From Kiritimatiellia bacterium (GTDB taxonomy: Bacteria > Verrucomicrobiota > Kiritimatiellia > RFP12 > JBMNHG01), in NCBI GenBank assembly GCA_050950285.1, contig JBMNHG010000003.1:428337-492336 (forward strand): 64,000 nt of DNA, written 5' to 3'. Of this stretch, positions 56,101-64,000 are shown in pieces. A model generated the notes under the pieces. It saw only the letters and a program-made list of their open reading frames with translations, did not search any database and was not told where the DNA came from. Position numbers and translations under genes: made by a program. Within the stretch, counting starts at the first letter, position 1. The number at the start of each line of letters is the position of its first letter.

Positions 56101-56404
56101 TCCCGGCGGCGGCGGGCGCCGTCTCGTTGGCGGAATCGAACATGCGGGCGGTGGCGTCCGGGTTGGGCGGAAGGCCCCAGCCGACGGTGGCCCTTTCGTA
56201 GGCGAGGTCGGCCTTGGTCGTGCATGGGGCGAGATCGAACACCGTGTCGATCTGCGAACGTCCGTCGAGCGCGCCCGCTTCGGCATTGTATTCCAATGGC
56301 CAGAGAGCAAGCGTTCGGGCAGCGGCGGGCGAGACGGTTGCGGCGGCGAGGCAAAGCGGGAGAAACCTCGAGAAACGTGCCATCCAGCGGAATTTCGGAA
56401 TCAT
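53132..56404 (-). CDS. Secreted protein with four tandem LamG-like domains and C-terminal PATVVIVR tail
   Basis: Four units starting TLALW/TVAYW/ALAYW/TLAYW, each with FTVEGW-type and W.H.AL motifs and ending G..D.WR.S..AL. Signal peptide present. Alternative start 56383. Confidence 0.85.
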   Translation of the reverse strand: MIPKFRWMARFSRFLPLCLAAATVSPAAARTLALWPLEYNAEAGALDGRSQIDTVFDLAPCTTKADLAYERATVGWGLPPNPDATARMFDSANETAPAAAGTEYGYYFSGVSADFTGVFAQTNAFTLEGWCRLDTPPERGEWMVVAYFNVAAATGGDGVPRPSCTWIWSIRHNSKDAGGNYLYSFEFYDSLSNMDRKFAAYSEADFSEMFTGAWHHIALAGRLGGSFTMYLDGVAVGTVVSGGYGAGANLPTAAGAFRLGGRGDGKAFRGAMDYWRLSDASLGPASLLCGAPGSGLVGAACRNPPSTTVAYWTMGHADGVFDVADHVGAADLGKFVLNSSRFVSAMLPEPDDTALPTGQPPNGAAALSSSKTGCASAQTPGAALVAPGLGSALTPASSFTVEGWYRPEQEEGFSASASNASGRLFATRDPAYGWSLIITNGGHGVRSFRIAAADDSGEGLADGAFPGGAFGLGATGWMHLALVYDATAGNGAWTLYKDGEHCGSVSNTRAPLLAGGLAATNAYLAGTSVFGGKYPSYPAFTGTTGDAGDQVYGHFDCWRACASALAPAQFLNASSGSAAAALAYWPLGVRNRLFLSGASETGNYAFSTDDSITRLAHCSNTGSSDAPTVTNPDATPAFRGDSAVTTGSTILCTGGGNGATGGFWTGDRAVCSLLGSRYDPWTVEFYLKRASAMRDWEILIYGDLYNNDGAGSIPFALTSRKAGFRLSADTTGTMDVLFPGTADLIADTDAWHHLALTHRRKGSSLDVITELYLDGALAGALTQRTYRASTFSGIGIGSRPSGNALWGALGPIRVSRAALEPSQFLCAPPEAPVLSESTELATLAYWEFDDDAGAAGLSSAVTSGYALVDESGVASGSSAPLVARVPNADATAGFDGDAARNDGSVAFASAGALRAPYLGNRLDPGTSFTVEGWLLWNGATGSAPLTLFGTWSDSRLGGWRLLLDATGEAPCVRIFAKSPFSWSGIVADGAFTADPAPWADACTHIALARDASAGTWTLYVNGRPSGSVADCLAPTGRAWALGSFAIGAPATGTDAPGFVGSIDEWRVSRGALAAEGLLYRPSPATVVIVR

Positions 56405-56487
56405 GGGGAACTCCTCGTTGTTTGTTTTCAGTGTTTCGGTGATCGTGTGGGCGAAGGCTCTCGTCTCGGGGATCGCCTTGAATCGTC

Positions 56488-56554
56488 ATTGTACCATGCA
56501 ACCCTTTGCCCTGTGGATGCGAACGCGCAAATTCCTTATTGCCTTTTCGCGCAA
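56488..56554 (-). promoter_or_regulatory. Extended -10 promoter with upstream TTGCGCG direct repeats (candidate AraC-type activator site)
   Basis: Minus strand TGGTACAAT at 56496-56488. TTGCGCG occurs twice with 24-bp period, overlapping the 3' end of the regulator gene. Confidence 0.45.
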
Positions 56555-57699
56555 CGACAGTCGCTGGGCGTGACGCCAAAGCGGCGGACGAAGACCCGGG
56601 TGAAATAAGCGGCGGAAACAAACCCGCATTCCGCTGCGATCCGTGCGATGGACTTCCGCGTGGCAAGCAGGGACGCGCGGGCGGCGGCGAGCTTCGCCTC
56701 GGTGATTGCCTTCGAGACGGTCGTGTCGGCGGCGGCGAAGAGATAGTTGACGGAACGGATCGACATGCCCAGCTCGGCAGCCACGTCGCCTACGCGGATG
56801 CCGTCTTTCGCGCGACGGTTGATGAAGTCCAGCGCCTGGACGTATCGCCAGTTCGTCTTTCCCGCCGGTTCGCGCGTCGAGGCGCGGCGCCTCACGTCAA
56901 GCGGCCCGAACCGCTCGATTGCCGGCGTCCGCACGTTTCCCTTCATGACGTGGTCGAGCAGCTTCGCCGCCTTGTACCCGCATGCCTGGAAATCAACCAG
57001 GATGGAAGACAGTTCGGGGGCGGCCGTCTCGCAGACGAGATCGTCGTCGTCCACGCCGAGAATGGCGACATCGTCCGGGACCTTCAACTCCAGGATCATG
57101 GCGGCGTCCGCGCAAATGCGCGCGAACTTGTCGTTCGCGGCGAAAATGGCGACCGGCTTCGGCAACGTCTCCAGCCAGGCTGCCGCCCGTTTCCGGGCGG
57201 CTTCCGGGGCTTCGGAGGCGGGTGGCGGCTCCCCCGCGAAACGGCCGCCCATTCGCGTGACGGCTTCCGCGAACGCCCGGCCGCGACGATCGCTCCAGTC
57301 GTCTTCTTCGTGAATGTGGCTGCCTTCCTGCGGAAAGAAGGCATATGCGGCGAAGCGGCGGGAGAAAAGCGTTTTCGCGGCAAGTCGGCCGATGGCGGCG
57401 TTGTCGTTCAGCACGCTCGGATATCGTTGCGACAGAGCCGGCGAGCAGTCGATAAGCACCAGCGGCTTGCGCTTTGCCCACGCTGGAAGTTCGACGAATT
57501 CCACAAGGTCGCCGATGACCAGGCCATCGCAGCCCCTGAGAAGCTCGCTCTGAGAAAGCGCTTGCGTATAGGCGCCGTGGTCGAAGACATCGACCCTCCA
57601 GCCGACCTTCCTCGCATATTCGAAAACGCCGCGAAGCTGGTCCTGATGCGACCGGCTCAGCACCGGCACCGCCGCGCAAACAATCTTCGCCCCGCTCAT
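56536..57699 (-). CDS. XylR-type regulator (periplasmic-binding-like domain + AraC HTH)
   Basis: GVFEYA...W, WLETLPKPVAIFAAND, VPDDVAILGVDDD, PELSSI and IAAECGF.S..YF.RVF...G.TP. Alternative start 57762. Confidence 0.9.
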   Translation of the reverse strand: MSGAKIVCAAVPVLSRSHQDQLRGVFEYARKVGWRVDVFDHGAYTQALSQSELLRGCDGLVIGDLVEFVELPAWAKRKPLVLIDCSPALSQRYPSVLNDNAAIGRLAAKTLFSRRFAAYAFFPQEGSHIHEEDDWSDRRGRAFAEAVTRMGGRFAGEPPPASEAPEAARKRAAAWLETLPKPVAIFAANDKFARICADAAMILELKVPDDVAILGVDDDDLVCETAAPELSSILVDFQACGYKAAKLLDHVMKGNVRTPAIERFGPLDVRRRASTREPAGKTNWRYVQALDFINRRAKDGIRVGDVAAELGMSIRSVNYLFAAADTTVSKAITEAKLAAARASLLATRKSIARIAAECGFVSAAYFTRVFVRRFGVTPSDCRCAKRQ

Positions 57700-57773
57700 T
57701 TCCGCCCTCTCGTTCTCGCTGGATGAAGCATTCGGCTTGTCATTCTGCCCCAGCTCAGTCATGGTGTCAATAT

Positions 57774-57838
57774 TTCGCATATCGACATACGATTGTTCGC
57801 GGAAAGCCATTTTTTTGCCATGGAGCGTGTGGTATAGT
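57774..57838 (+). promoter_or_regulatory. Direct repeat TTCGC-N7-CAT (22-bp period) plus extended -10 TGGTATAGT
   Basis: TTCGCATATCGACAT at 57774 and TTCGCGGAAAGCCAT at 57796, followed by TGGTATAGT at 57830-57838. Confidence 0.5.
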
Positions 57839-57897
57839 CGAGGCCGTGATACGAAGGTGTATCCCGCGACAATCCACAACGAAGAAGGGAGAATGCA

Positions 57898-60558
57898 ATG
57901 CTCACGTTGAATGCAACGACTCGGCACGGGCGGGGAAGCCGGACCGTCTGTCTTGGTGTGGCGGCCCTGATGGCGGCTGTCCAGATCGCGTTTCCGCGAA
58001 CGGTGTACGACGGCGGCAAGGCGCTCCGCCAGAATTGCGAGAGCGGCGGCTACGTCGGAACCGATGGCTCGGTCTATACCGCCGCCGACGGCGGGAAGTG
58101 GCAGTACCTTCGCGCCCAGGACAGTCTGGCGACCACGACGGCTGCGTTTGGCGGCCATTACGCAACGGGCGACTACGACGGCATCGGCGGCGCGGCTTCG
58201 CCGTACATTCGCGTGAACATGAGCGGCGCATCGATCCCCGTCAGCGGAGGCGAGCCGATCGAGCCGGACGAGCTCTACATCCATCCAGGCAACCCGACGG
58301 CGGGGAATTCGTTTGCCGTGCTTCGGTTCATCGTGCCGGAAGACGGCTGGTATTCGGCATTCCTGTCGGCGCACGACGTGAACAAACAGCCTCCCGACCA
58401 CAACGTCAACGCCACGTCCGGCGCCGACGTGTGCTTCCTGGCAAACGGAAAGCTGCAGGCGAAGGGCGTCGTCTCGCTGGAAGACTACGCAGGCGGCGAC
58501 GCAAGCCCGCATCTGACGCACCGTTTCGACTTCCAAATGCCCGTGCGCTGGATGGCGGCAGGCGAGACGCTCGATTTCGTGATCGGCCCGAACGGCGGGC
58601 ACAACAGCGATGCAACGGGCATGAAGGCGTTTGTCGTCCGGGAAGACGCGGGAGCCTTCTACGATTCCGGCATCGCCTTCACGAACAATCTCGGCACGGC
58701 CTACTCGAATCCGTACGGCACAATCAAGAACGGCACATGGAACTACATGCTTTCATCGGTTCCGTCCGGCGTGGACTTCGCGACGTGGGCGCCGACAAAC
58801 TTCAGCCTTTCGTCATCCTTGCTGCCGACCCAGGCGACGCGGGCGAGCGCCGGCAACGAGCGAGGCTTTGCGAACGCCGCGACAGGGGCGTCTCCGTATC
58901 TGCTGGTGAACGAGACCGACACGCAGGACGCGGCGTTTGTCGCCCCGTTGGAACTGCACACCCATCCGAATCCGACGACGGGCTGGACGACGCTTCGTTT
59001 CCGTCCGCCTGTGAGCGGCTGGTATTCGGGGACGGTCGTCGTACGCGATGTCAGCAAGGGCACGGGCGGTGCGAATGGCGTCAGAGTCCATTTGAACATC
59101 GCCGATCAGGTCGTCACGAACGCCTACATTTCCGCCGAGCAGTTCTCCTCGACGGCGTTTCTTGCATTCGAGGCCCGGCTGTTGGCGACCGGCGAGCCGA
59201 TCGACATCATCGTTTCGCCTTGCGGCCAAATCAGCAGCGATGCGACAACCCTGTCCGCCATTTTCCGCCGCGAGGCAGGGGAGGTGTATGATGCGTCGAC
59301 GGCGTTTTCGGCGCAATGGTCGAGCGGCGGCACGGCGCACCCGTTCGCCGATGTGATCGGCGATGGCGCGACGTGGGATGTGGGCTACAAGGCGAACGCG
59401 CAAACGGTCCTGTTCACGACGATGCCCGCGAGCCTGTCGCTTTCCGGCACGGAGCTGGGCTGGTGCGTCTACGCCTTCGGCACGTCGCAGGCGAACGGCG
59501 ATCTGCCGCGCATCGCCCTCGCGACAAACGGCATTGCATCGGCGGACAGCGCATACTACCTGACGGGCAGCGCGCTCCTGGGCACGATTCCCAACGAACT
59601 GTGGGCCCACCCCGGCGCCCCCGGCGCCCCGAATGCAAGCCCGGTGGTGCGGGCGAACGTCCCGGCCGACGGCGTCTATCGCGTACGAGGCCACGCCCGG
59701 GATCTCAGCATCGGCAACGGCGGCAACAACGACGGCATACGCTTCAGCATTGCCGCGGACGGCTACGTCGCCGCATCGGCATGCGTCTCGCGCGACCCGA
59801 TTCGCTACAGCGGCAGTTCGGCCGAGGCTTCGATCGAATGCGACCGCCTTTGGCTGAAGGCGGGGGAAAGCTGGGACGCCGTTGTCGATCCCGTGGCAAA
59901 CTTCAACAATGACGGCACCGGCCTCGGCGTGTGCTACATCAAAGAGGGCGAGGCGGCGCCGAGCGTCGTGAACGTCGATTTTTCCGACACGGGCGCAGGC
60001 GCGTTCTCCGCATACCGGGGGCGCGGGCGCGAGGGCTGGAGCGACTGGACGAGGTGGAACACGGTTCGCCCGGACGGCACCGCCGTCGCACGGCAGGAGT
60101 ACTGCACCGAGGCCGACGGCGCCACGCGCCGCAACATGACCCTGACGCTCGCGCGCAACTCCAGTGCGCCAATCGCCAAAGGCAGCGCCGACGTTGGCGT
60201 TGGCTCCGTGCTTCTCGACAACTGGATCGTGTCGTCCGACGCGGGCGATGTCCACACCTTTACGATCGGCAAGCTCAAGAAGAGCGAGCCGTACACGCTC
60301 TGGCTCTACAGCTCGAAGGATGGCGCCGGCGGCAACGCCACATTCTCAGTGGGCGGCAAGACGAAGGGCGTGGAGGAAACGTGGTCGCTCGGCGCGACGG
60401 CGATGGCGACGCGCTTTGCGGTGGTGTCCGATGCAGACGGCACGATCACGGGCACGTTTGCAGCGGCGGATGGAACAGGCGGCGCCTTCAACGGCTTGAC
60501 GCTCGTTGGCGGATTGCCCGATTATTGCGCCCCGGCCTTTCTGTTGATTGTGAAGTGA
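57898..60558 (+). CDS. Secreted protein with three tandem ~200-aa beta domains, a fourth domain and C-terminal PAFLLIVK tail
   Basis: Repeats YD...EL(Y/H/W).HP...LRF..P..G.Y...GE..D....P.....D(A/G)T three times. GGGAG RBS and a hydrophobic N-terminal stretch. Confidence 0.82.
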   Translation: MLTLNATTRHGRGSRTVCLGVAALMAAVQIAFPRTVYDGGKALRQNCESGGYVGTDGSVYTAADGGKWQYLRAQDSLATTTAAFGGHYATGDYDGIGGAASPYIRVNMSGASIPVSGGEPIEPDELYIHPGNPTAGNSFAVLRFIVPEDGWYSAFLSAHDVNKQPPDHNVNATSGADVCFLANGKLQAKGVVSLEDYAGGDASPHLTHRFDFQMPVRWMAAGETLDFVIGPNGGHNSDATGMKAFVVREDAGAFYDSGIAFTNNLGTAYSNPYGTIKNGTWNYMLSSVPSGVDFATWAPTNFSLSSSLLPTQATRASAGNERGFANAATGASPYLLVNETDTQDAAFVAPLELHTHPNPTTGWTTLRFRPPVSGWYSGTVVVRDVSKGTGGANGVRVHLNIADQVVTNAYISAEQFSSTAFLAFEARLLATGEPIDIIVSPCGQISSDATTLSAIFRREAGEVYDASTAFSAQWSSGGTAHPFADVIGDGATWDVGYKANAQTVLFTTMPASLSLSGTELGWCVYAFGTSQANGDLPRIALATNGIASADSAYYLTGSALLGTIPNELWAHPGAPGAPNASPVVRANVPADGVYRVRGHARDLSIGNGGNNDGIRFSIAADGYVAASACVSRDPIRYSGSSAEASIECDRLWLKAGESWDAVVDPVANFNNDGTGLGVCYIKEGEAAPSVVNVDFSDTGAGAFSAYRGRGREGWSDWTRWNTVRPDGTAVARQEYCTEADGATRRNMTLTLARNSSAPIAKGSADVGVGSVLLDNWIVSSDAGDVHTFTIGKLKKSEPYTLWLYSSKDGAGGNATFSVGGKTKGVEETWSLGATAMATRFAVVSDADGTITGTFAAADGTGGAFNGLTLVGGLPDYCAPAFLLIVK

Positions 60559-60559
60559 C

Positions 60560-63500
60560 ATGAAACCCTCGATCGAGTGTACGACAAACAAGGAACCAAC
60601 CACCTACCGGACGGGTGAGACAATGGTGTTTACGCTGTCTTCGCGCGGCGGGCGTTTCGTTCGCTGGGAGCGGACGGGCGACGACGGCCGGACTGAAAAC
60701 GGCGAGGTGGAAGCCGACGCCCCGATCATCGTGAAGACATCGCTCGACCGTCCCGGTTTCGTACGGCTCGTGGCGCAGCTCGTGGACGGAGCGGGCAAGG
60801 AGGTGGCGCGGTTCGAAGGCGGCGCAGGTGCGGACGTAGGCAAGATTCGCCAGGATCATCCCGAGCCGGAAGACTTCGATGCCTTCTGGGAATGCCACAA
60901 GGCGAAGCTCGCGGAGGTGTCCATGGGCGGCGCCGCCTGCCGCGAGGTGCCGAGCGGACGTGCCGATGTGGCGCTGTACGAATTGTCGATACCCTGCGCG
61001 GGCCCTCGTCCTGCAACGGGGCTCCTGTCGGTTCCAACCAGGCCCGGAAGCCATCCAGCCCGAGTGCGCTTCTTTGGCTACGAGGAGAGCTGGCGGCCTG
61101 AAGCCCGCACGACGCCACGACCCGAGACGCTGTGCACGGACAGCCTCGTGCTCAGCCTCTCGGCCCATGGCTACGAGTTCAATCGGGAGGACGCCTACTA
61201 CAAGTCTCTTCGCGCGGCGAGCGGTTCGAACGGATACGATGTCGCATTCGATCCCGCGCAGAACGCAGACCCCTGGCAGTCGTACTTCTGCGGCATGGCC
61301 TATCGCGTGCTGCGTGGCATCGACTATCTGAAAAGCCGCCCCGAGTGGGATGGCAAGAGGCTCAGCGTCGAAGGAGGCAGCCAAGGAGGGTTGCAGTCCA
61401 TCTGGGCCGCGGCCCTTGATCCCGACGTCACGGACTGCCACTTGTTTTCCCCGTGGTGCTGCAATATCGGAGGGCCTGCGGCCGGGCGCGTTCACGACGA
61501 CTGGCACATCCCATGGGCGCCGGGGCTTGGCTACTACGATGGTGTGAACATGGCGCGACGAATTCCAACGACGTGTCGGATGACGGTGGCGTTGGCGGGC
61601 CTGGGCGACTACATTTGCCCGCCCTCCGGCGTGGCGGCGTTCTACAACAACCTGGCCTGTCCCAGGCAGATCACGTGGGTACAAGGCGCCACGCACGTTT
61701 CCATGCCACCTGCGGCGCAAGCATTCAAATACGCGGACGAAGCGCCAGGCGCAACGCCGCGACCGGCGTTTTCGTTCCGCTATGGCGGACGCGTTGTGAC
61801 CGGGAATGCATCCATGCAGGTGGACGATCGCCTGAAGGTGACGCTGGAGTCCGCCGGCCATCCGGAATACAACGCCACCGAATGGGTGCTGTGGTTCGAG
61901 AATCCCTCTTCCGAGAAGAGCGCCGTGTTGAGCGACATCCGCGATGGCGATTTCCTGGTGTCGCTGCCGCCTGCGCCGAAGAAGTTCCTCGGCGACATCG
62001 CCGTGCCCGGCGACCGCGCGGTCGTTTCGATGAATGGATGCGTTTCGGGGATCGACTACGCGACGAGCGACGCGGTCTCCGCCCGCGAGTTCGCAGCGTC
62101 CACGCATTATTTCCATCCGCTGCGCGACAAGGTGCATGAGATCGGGAACGACAGCGCCCGCTCGTCCGAGAACCAGGCCCCCTTTTTCGAGGTGACGCAG
62201 GATGGGCAAGGCGCGATCGTCGCCATTGGCTGGTCGGGCGGCTGGCGTGTCCGGTTCGAGGATGGCGACGAAGGCGTGCGCGTTGCCGCGGGGATGGCGC
62301 ATGCGCGGTTCTACCTGGAGCCCGGGGAGAAGCTGCGCACAAGCCGCATCCTCGTGATGAACTACGGACCGGGCGAGGACGCCGGGAACAAGTTCCGCCG
62401 CCTCCTGCGCAATCGCTTTTCCCACGTCGCGTCGCGTCCCGGGGTCCGGGAAGGCGTGTTCGCCTACGAGCTTTGGGGCGGAATCACCTCCGACGAGATG
62501 ATCCACCGCATCAAGACGCTGAAGGAAAAGGGACTTGCCTACGAAGATTTGTGGATTGACGCCGGCTGGTACGGGAACAGCAAGAAGTGCGACGACGCCT
62601 ACACCGGCGACTGGGGCGACTGGACCGGCGACTGGTTCCCGAACGCCCGCATCCATCCGGACGGCCTCGAAAACGTCCGCGATGCGGCGAAGGACGCCGG
62701 CATGGGAATCATGCTCTGGTTCGAGCCGGAGCATGTGGTGGACTCCACCCGGTTCGCCCGGGAGCATCCGGATCTTCTGGCGGGCCCGCTTCTGCATTAC
62801 GGCAACGAACGCGCGCGGGAGATCGTGCGCGACATGCTGGCGGACTACGCGGAACGGCTTGAATTTTCATGCTACCGCCAGGACTTCAACTTCGATCCTG
62901 CGGATGCCTTGAAAGCGCACGACGCCAAGGATCGCGAGGGAATCTCGGAAATCCGCCACATCACCGGCTTGTACCGTCTGTGGGACGAGCTTCTCGCTCG
63001 CTTTCCGAAGATGCTCATCGACAACTGCGCCAGCGGCGGCCGCCGCATCGACATCGAGACCTTGCGCAGGTCGGTCCCGTTCTTCCGCAGCGACTACCAG
63101 TGCGGCTTCAACATCAACGCCGACGTGCTCCAGGCCCACAACGCCGGGATTTCCCGGCTTCTCCCCTACAATGGCTGCACGGTGAAGCTGAGCGACGTCT
63201 ATTCGTTGCGCAGCGCCTATTCCTCCAGCCACGGGGTGGCTTATTGGAACACCGCGTTTCAGAAGGAGGAAGCCGTGGATTGGCCTGCGGCCAAGAAGTG
63301 CTGCGACGAATATCGCAGAATCCGCAAGTACTTCCCCTGCGACTTCTACAACCATGGCAGCGCCGGGATGGATCCCGCGGCGTGGGCGATCTGGCAGTAC
63401 CACGACCCCGAGCTGAACGAGGGCGTGGTGCTCGCGTTTCGCCGGGCGGCATCGCCGTCCAACCAGGCCGGCATGACGCTCAAGGGACTTCCGGAAGGCG

Positions 63501-63616
63501 CGTCGGTGGAAGTGGAGAACCTCGACTCCGGGGCGATCGCAAGGACGACCGGGGCCCTGGAGATCCTGCTTCCCGAACGCCGCTCATCGACCGTGCTGCT
63601 CTACCGTGCCACGTGA
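60560..63616 (+). CDS. Fusion of CE7-like acetylxylan esterase and GH36 alpha-galactosidase
   Basis: PEDFDAFW, GIDYLKSRPEWDGK, GGSQGG and GLGDYICPP in the N-half. IDAGWY, LWFEPE, YRQDFN, NCASGGRR and RSD in the C-half. Confidence 0.88.
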   Translation: MKPSIECTTNKEPTTYRTGETMVFTLSSRGGRFVRWERTGDDGRTENGEVEADAPIIVKTSLDRPGFVRLVAQLVDGAGKEVARFEGGAGADVGKIRQDHPEPEDFDAFWECHKAKLAEVSMGGAACREVPSGRADVALYELSIPCAGPRPATGLLSVPTRPGSHPARVRFFGYEESWRPEARTTPRPETLCTDSLVLSLSAHGYEFNREDAYYKSLRAASGSNGYDVAFDPAQNADPWQSYFCGMAYRVLRGIDYLKSRPEWDGKRLSVEGGSQGGLQSIWAAALDPDVTDCHLFSPWCCNIGGPAAGRVHDDWHIPWAPGLGYYDGVNMARRIPTTCRMTVALAGLGDYICPPSGVAAFYNNLACPRQITWVQGATHVSMPPAAQAFKYADEAPGATPRPAFSFRYGGRVVTGNASMQVDDRLKVTLESAGHPEYNATEWVLWFENPSSEKSAVLSDIRDGDFLVSLPPAPKKFLGDIAVPGDRAVVSMNGCVSGIDYATSDAVSAREFAASTHYFHPLRDKVHEIGNDSARSSENQAPFFEVTQDGQGAIVAIGWSGGWRVRFEDGDEGVRVAAGMAHARFYLEPGEKLRTSRILVMNYGPGEDAGNKFRRLLRNRFSHVASRPGVREGVFAYELWGGITSDEMIHRIKTLKEKGLAYEDLWIDAGWYGNSKKCDDAYTGDWGDWTGDWFPNARIHPDGLENVRDAAKDAGMGIMLWFEPEHVVDSTRFAREHPDLLAGPLLHYGNERAREIVRDMLADYAERLEFSCYRQDFNFDPADALKAHDAKDREGISEIRHITGLYRLWDELLARFPKMLIDNCASGGRRIDIETLRRSVPFFRSDYQCGFNINADVLQAHNAGISRLLPYNGCTVKLSDVYSLRSAYSSSHGVAYWNTAFQKEEAVDWPAAKKCCDEYRRIRKYFPCDFYNHGSAGMDPAAWAIWQYHDPELNEGVVLAFRRAASPSNQAGMTLKGLPEGASVEVENLDSGAIARTTGALEILLPERRSSTVLLYRAT

Positions 63617-63631
63617 CCGCAATCGGACGAC

Positions 63632-64000
63632 ATGAAAAACACATTTCTTTCGCTCACGCTCGCTTCCTCGACGCTTTTCGCCGACAACATCCCGGCGCCG
63701 CAGGAGATTTTGCCGCGTCCCCGGTTGGGACGCGGCAACGTGACCCTGCTCCTTCCGGACGGCGCCACCCTCCGTCCGTCAGACCTCACCGCCCGCCGCT
63801 CGCTCGCCGGGACGTGGAAGTTCAAGGGGCTGGATCGCCAGGCGGAGCCGTTCGGCCCCGCCCTCGACTCCGAACGCAAGTCGCTCTCGCCAGCGGCGGA
63901 CGACACGGGCTGGGTGACAATCGACGTGCCGTTCGACTGGTGGTCCGACCCGCGTTTCACCTTCGACAAGACATACGACCCCCAGGAGGTCTATTTCCGG
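63632..64000 (+). CDS. Secreted GH2-type glycoside hydrolase, N-terminal part (runs off the right edge)
   Basis: Signal peptide MKNTFLSLTLASSTLFA; SLAGTWKF...DDTGWVTIDVPFDW start of the sugar-binding domain. Confidence 0.7.
   Translation, partial: MKNTFLSLTLASSTLFADNIPAPQEILPRPRLGRGNVTLLLPDGATLRPSDLTARRSLAGTWKFKGLDRQAEPFGPALDSERKSLSPAADDTGWVTIDVPFDWWSDPRFTFDKTYDPQEVYFR

Noticed and set aside
785-56608. Very long alternative ORFs (785..3952+, 3531..7130-, 10048..13209-, 13357..16827-, 25902..30101-, 47422..51321+, 53393..56608+)
   Set aside because: They are antisense or shifted shadows of well-supported genes. They are R/G/A/V-rich without motifs, as expected from stop-codon scarcity at high GC.
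1-64000. CRISPR arrays, tRNA/rRNA genes, integrases or transposases
   Set aside because: No regularly spaced repeats, cloverleaf-like sequences or recombinase motifs were seen by eye. Intergenic gaps are short.

Overview
High-GC bacterial chromosome segment. Gene content and protein styles suggest a PVC-superphylum organism, probably Kiritimatiellia/Lentisphaerae-like (inference, no marker search possible). The left 40 kb is mostly core genome: a large sigma-54-preceded secreted protein, a spermidine-synthase-like fusion, TPR-ExbB-ExbD-ExbD, rplM-rpsI, rhlB, recD2, era, a GH38 mannosidase, a Wza/BBP2/O-antigen-ligase/Wzc/GalE/TMTC-like surface-glycan operon, a tolB-pal operon with two unusual upstream genes, and argJBD. 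After a decayed RHS fragment, an alkaline phosphatase and a REP-like palindrome, the right ~22 kb is a carbohydrate-utilisation island built around an XylR/AraC regulator. Its leftward operon (4xLamG protein, sialidase-like, CBM, GH2, GH28, beta-helix) ends in a glycyl radical enzyme with atypical ACWE/RVWGWS motifs and its activase. Its rightward operon encodes a repeat protein, a CE7-GH36 fusion and a GH2. Best novelty candidates: the glycan-linked glycyl radical enzyme, a shared short C-terminal tail (PA-hydrophobic-R/K-stop) on both lead surface proteins, leucine zippers in adjacent secreted CAZymes, a Wzc with two tyrosine clusters beside a TMTC-like transferase, and a possible TolA substitute plus an unannotated 52-aa lipoprotein before tolB-pal. 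No CRISPR, rRNA or tRNA was seen. All product calls come from motif reading, not database searches.
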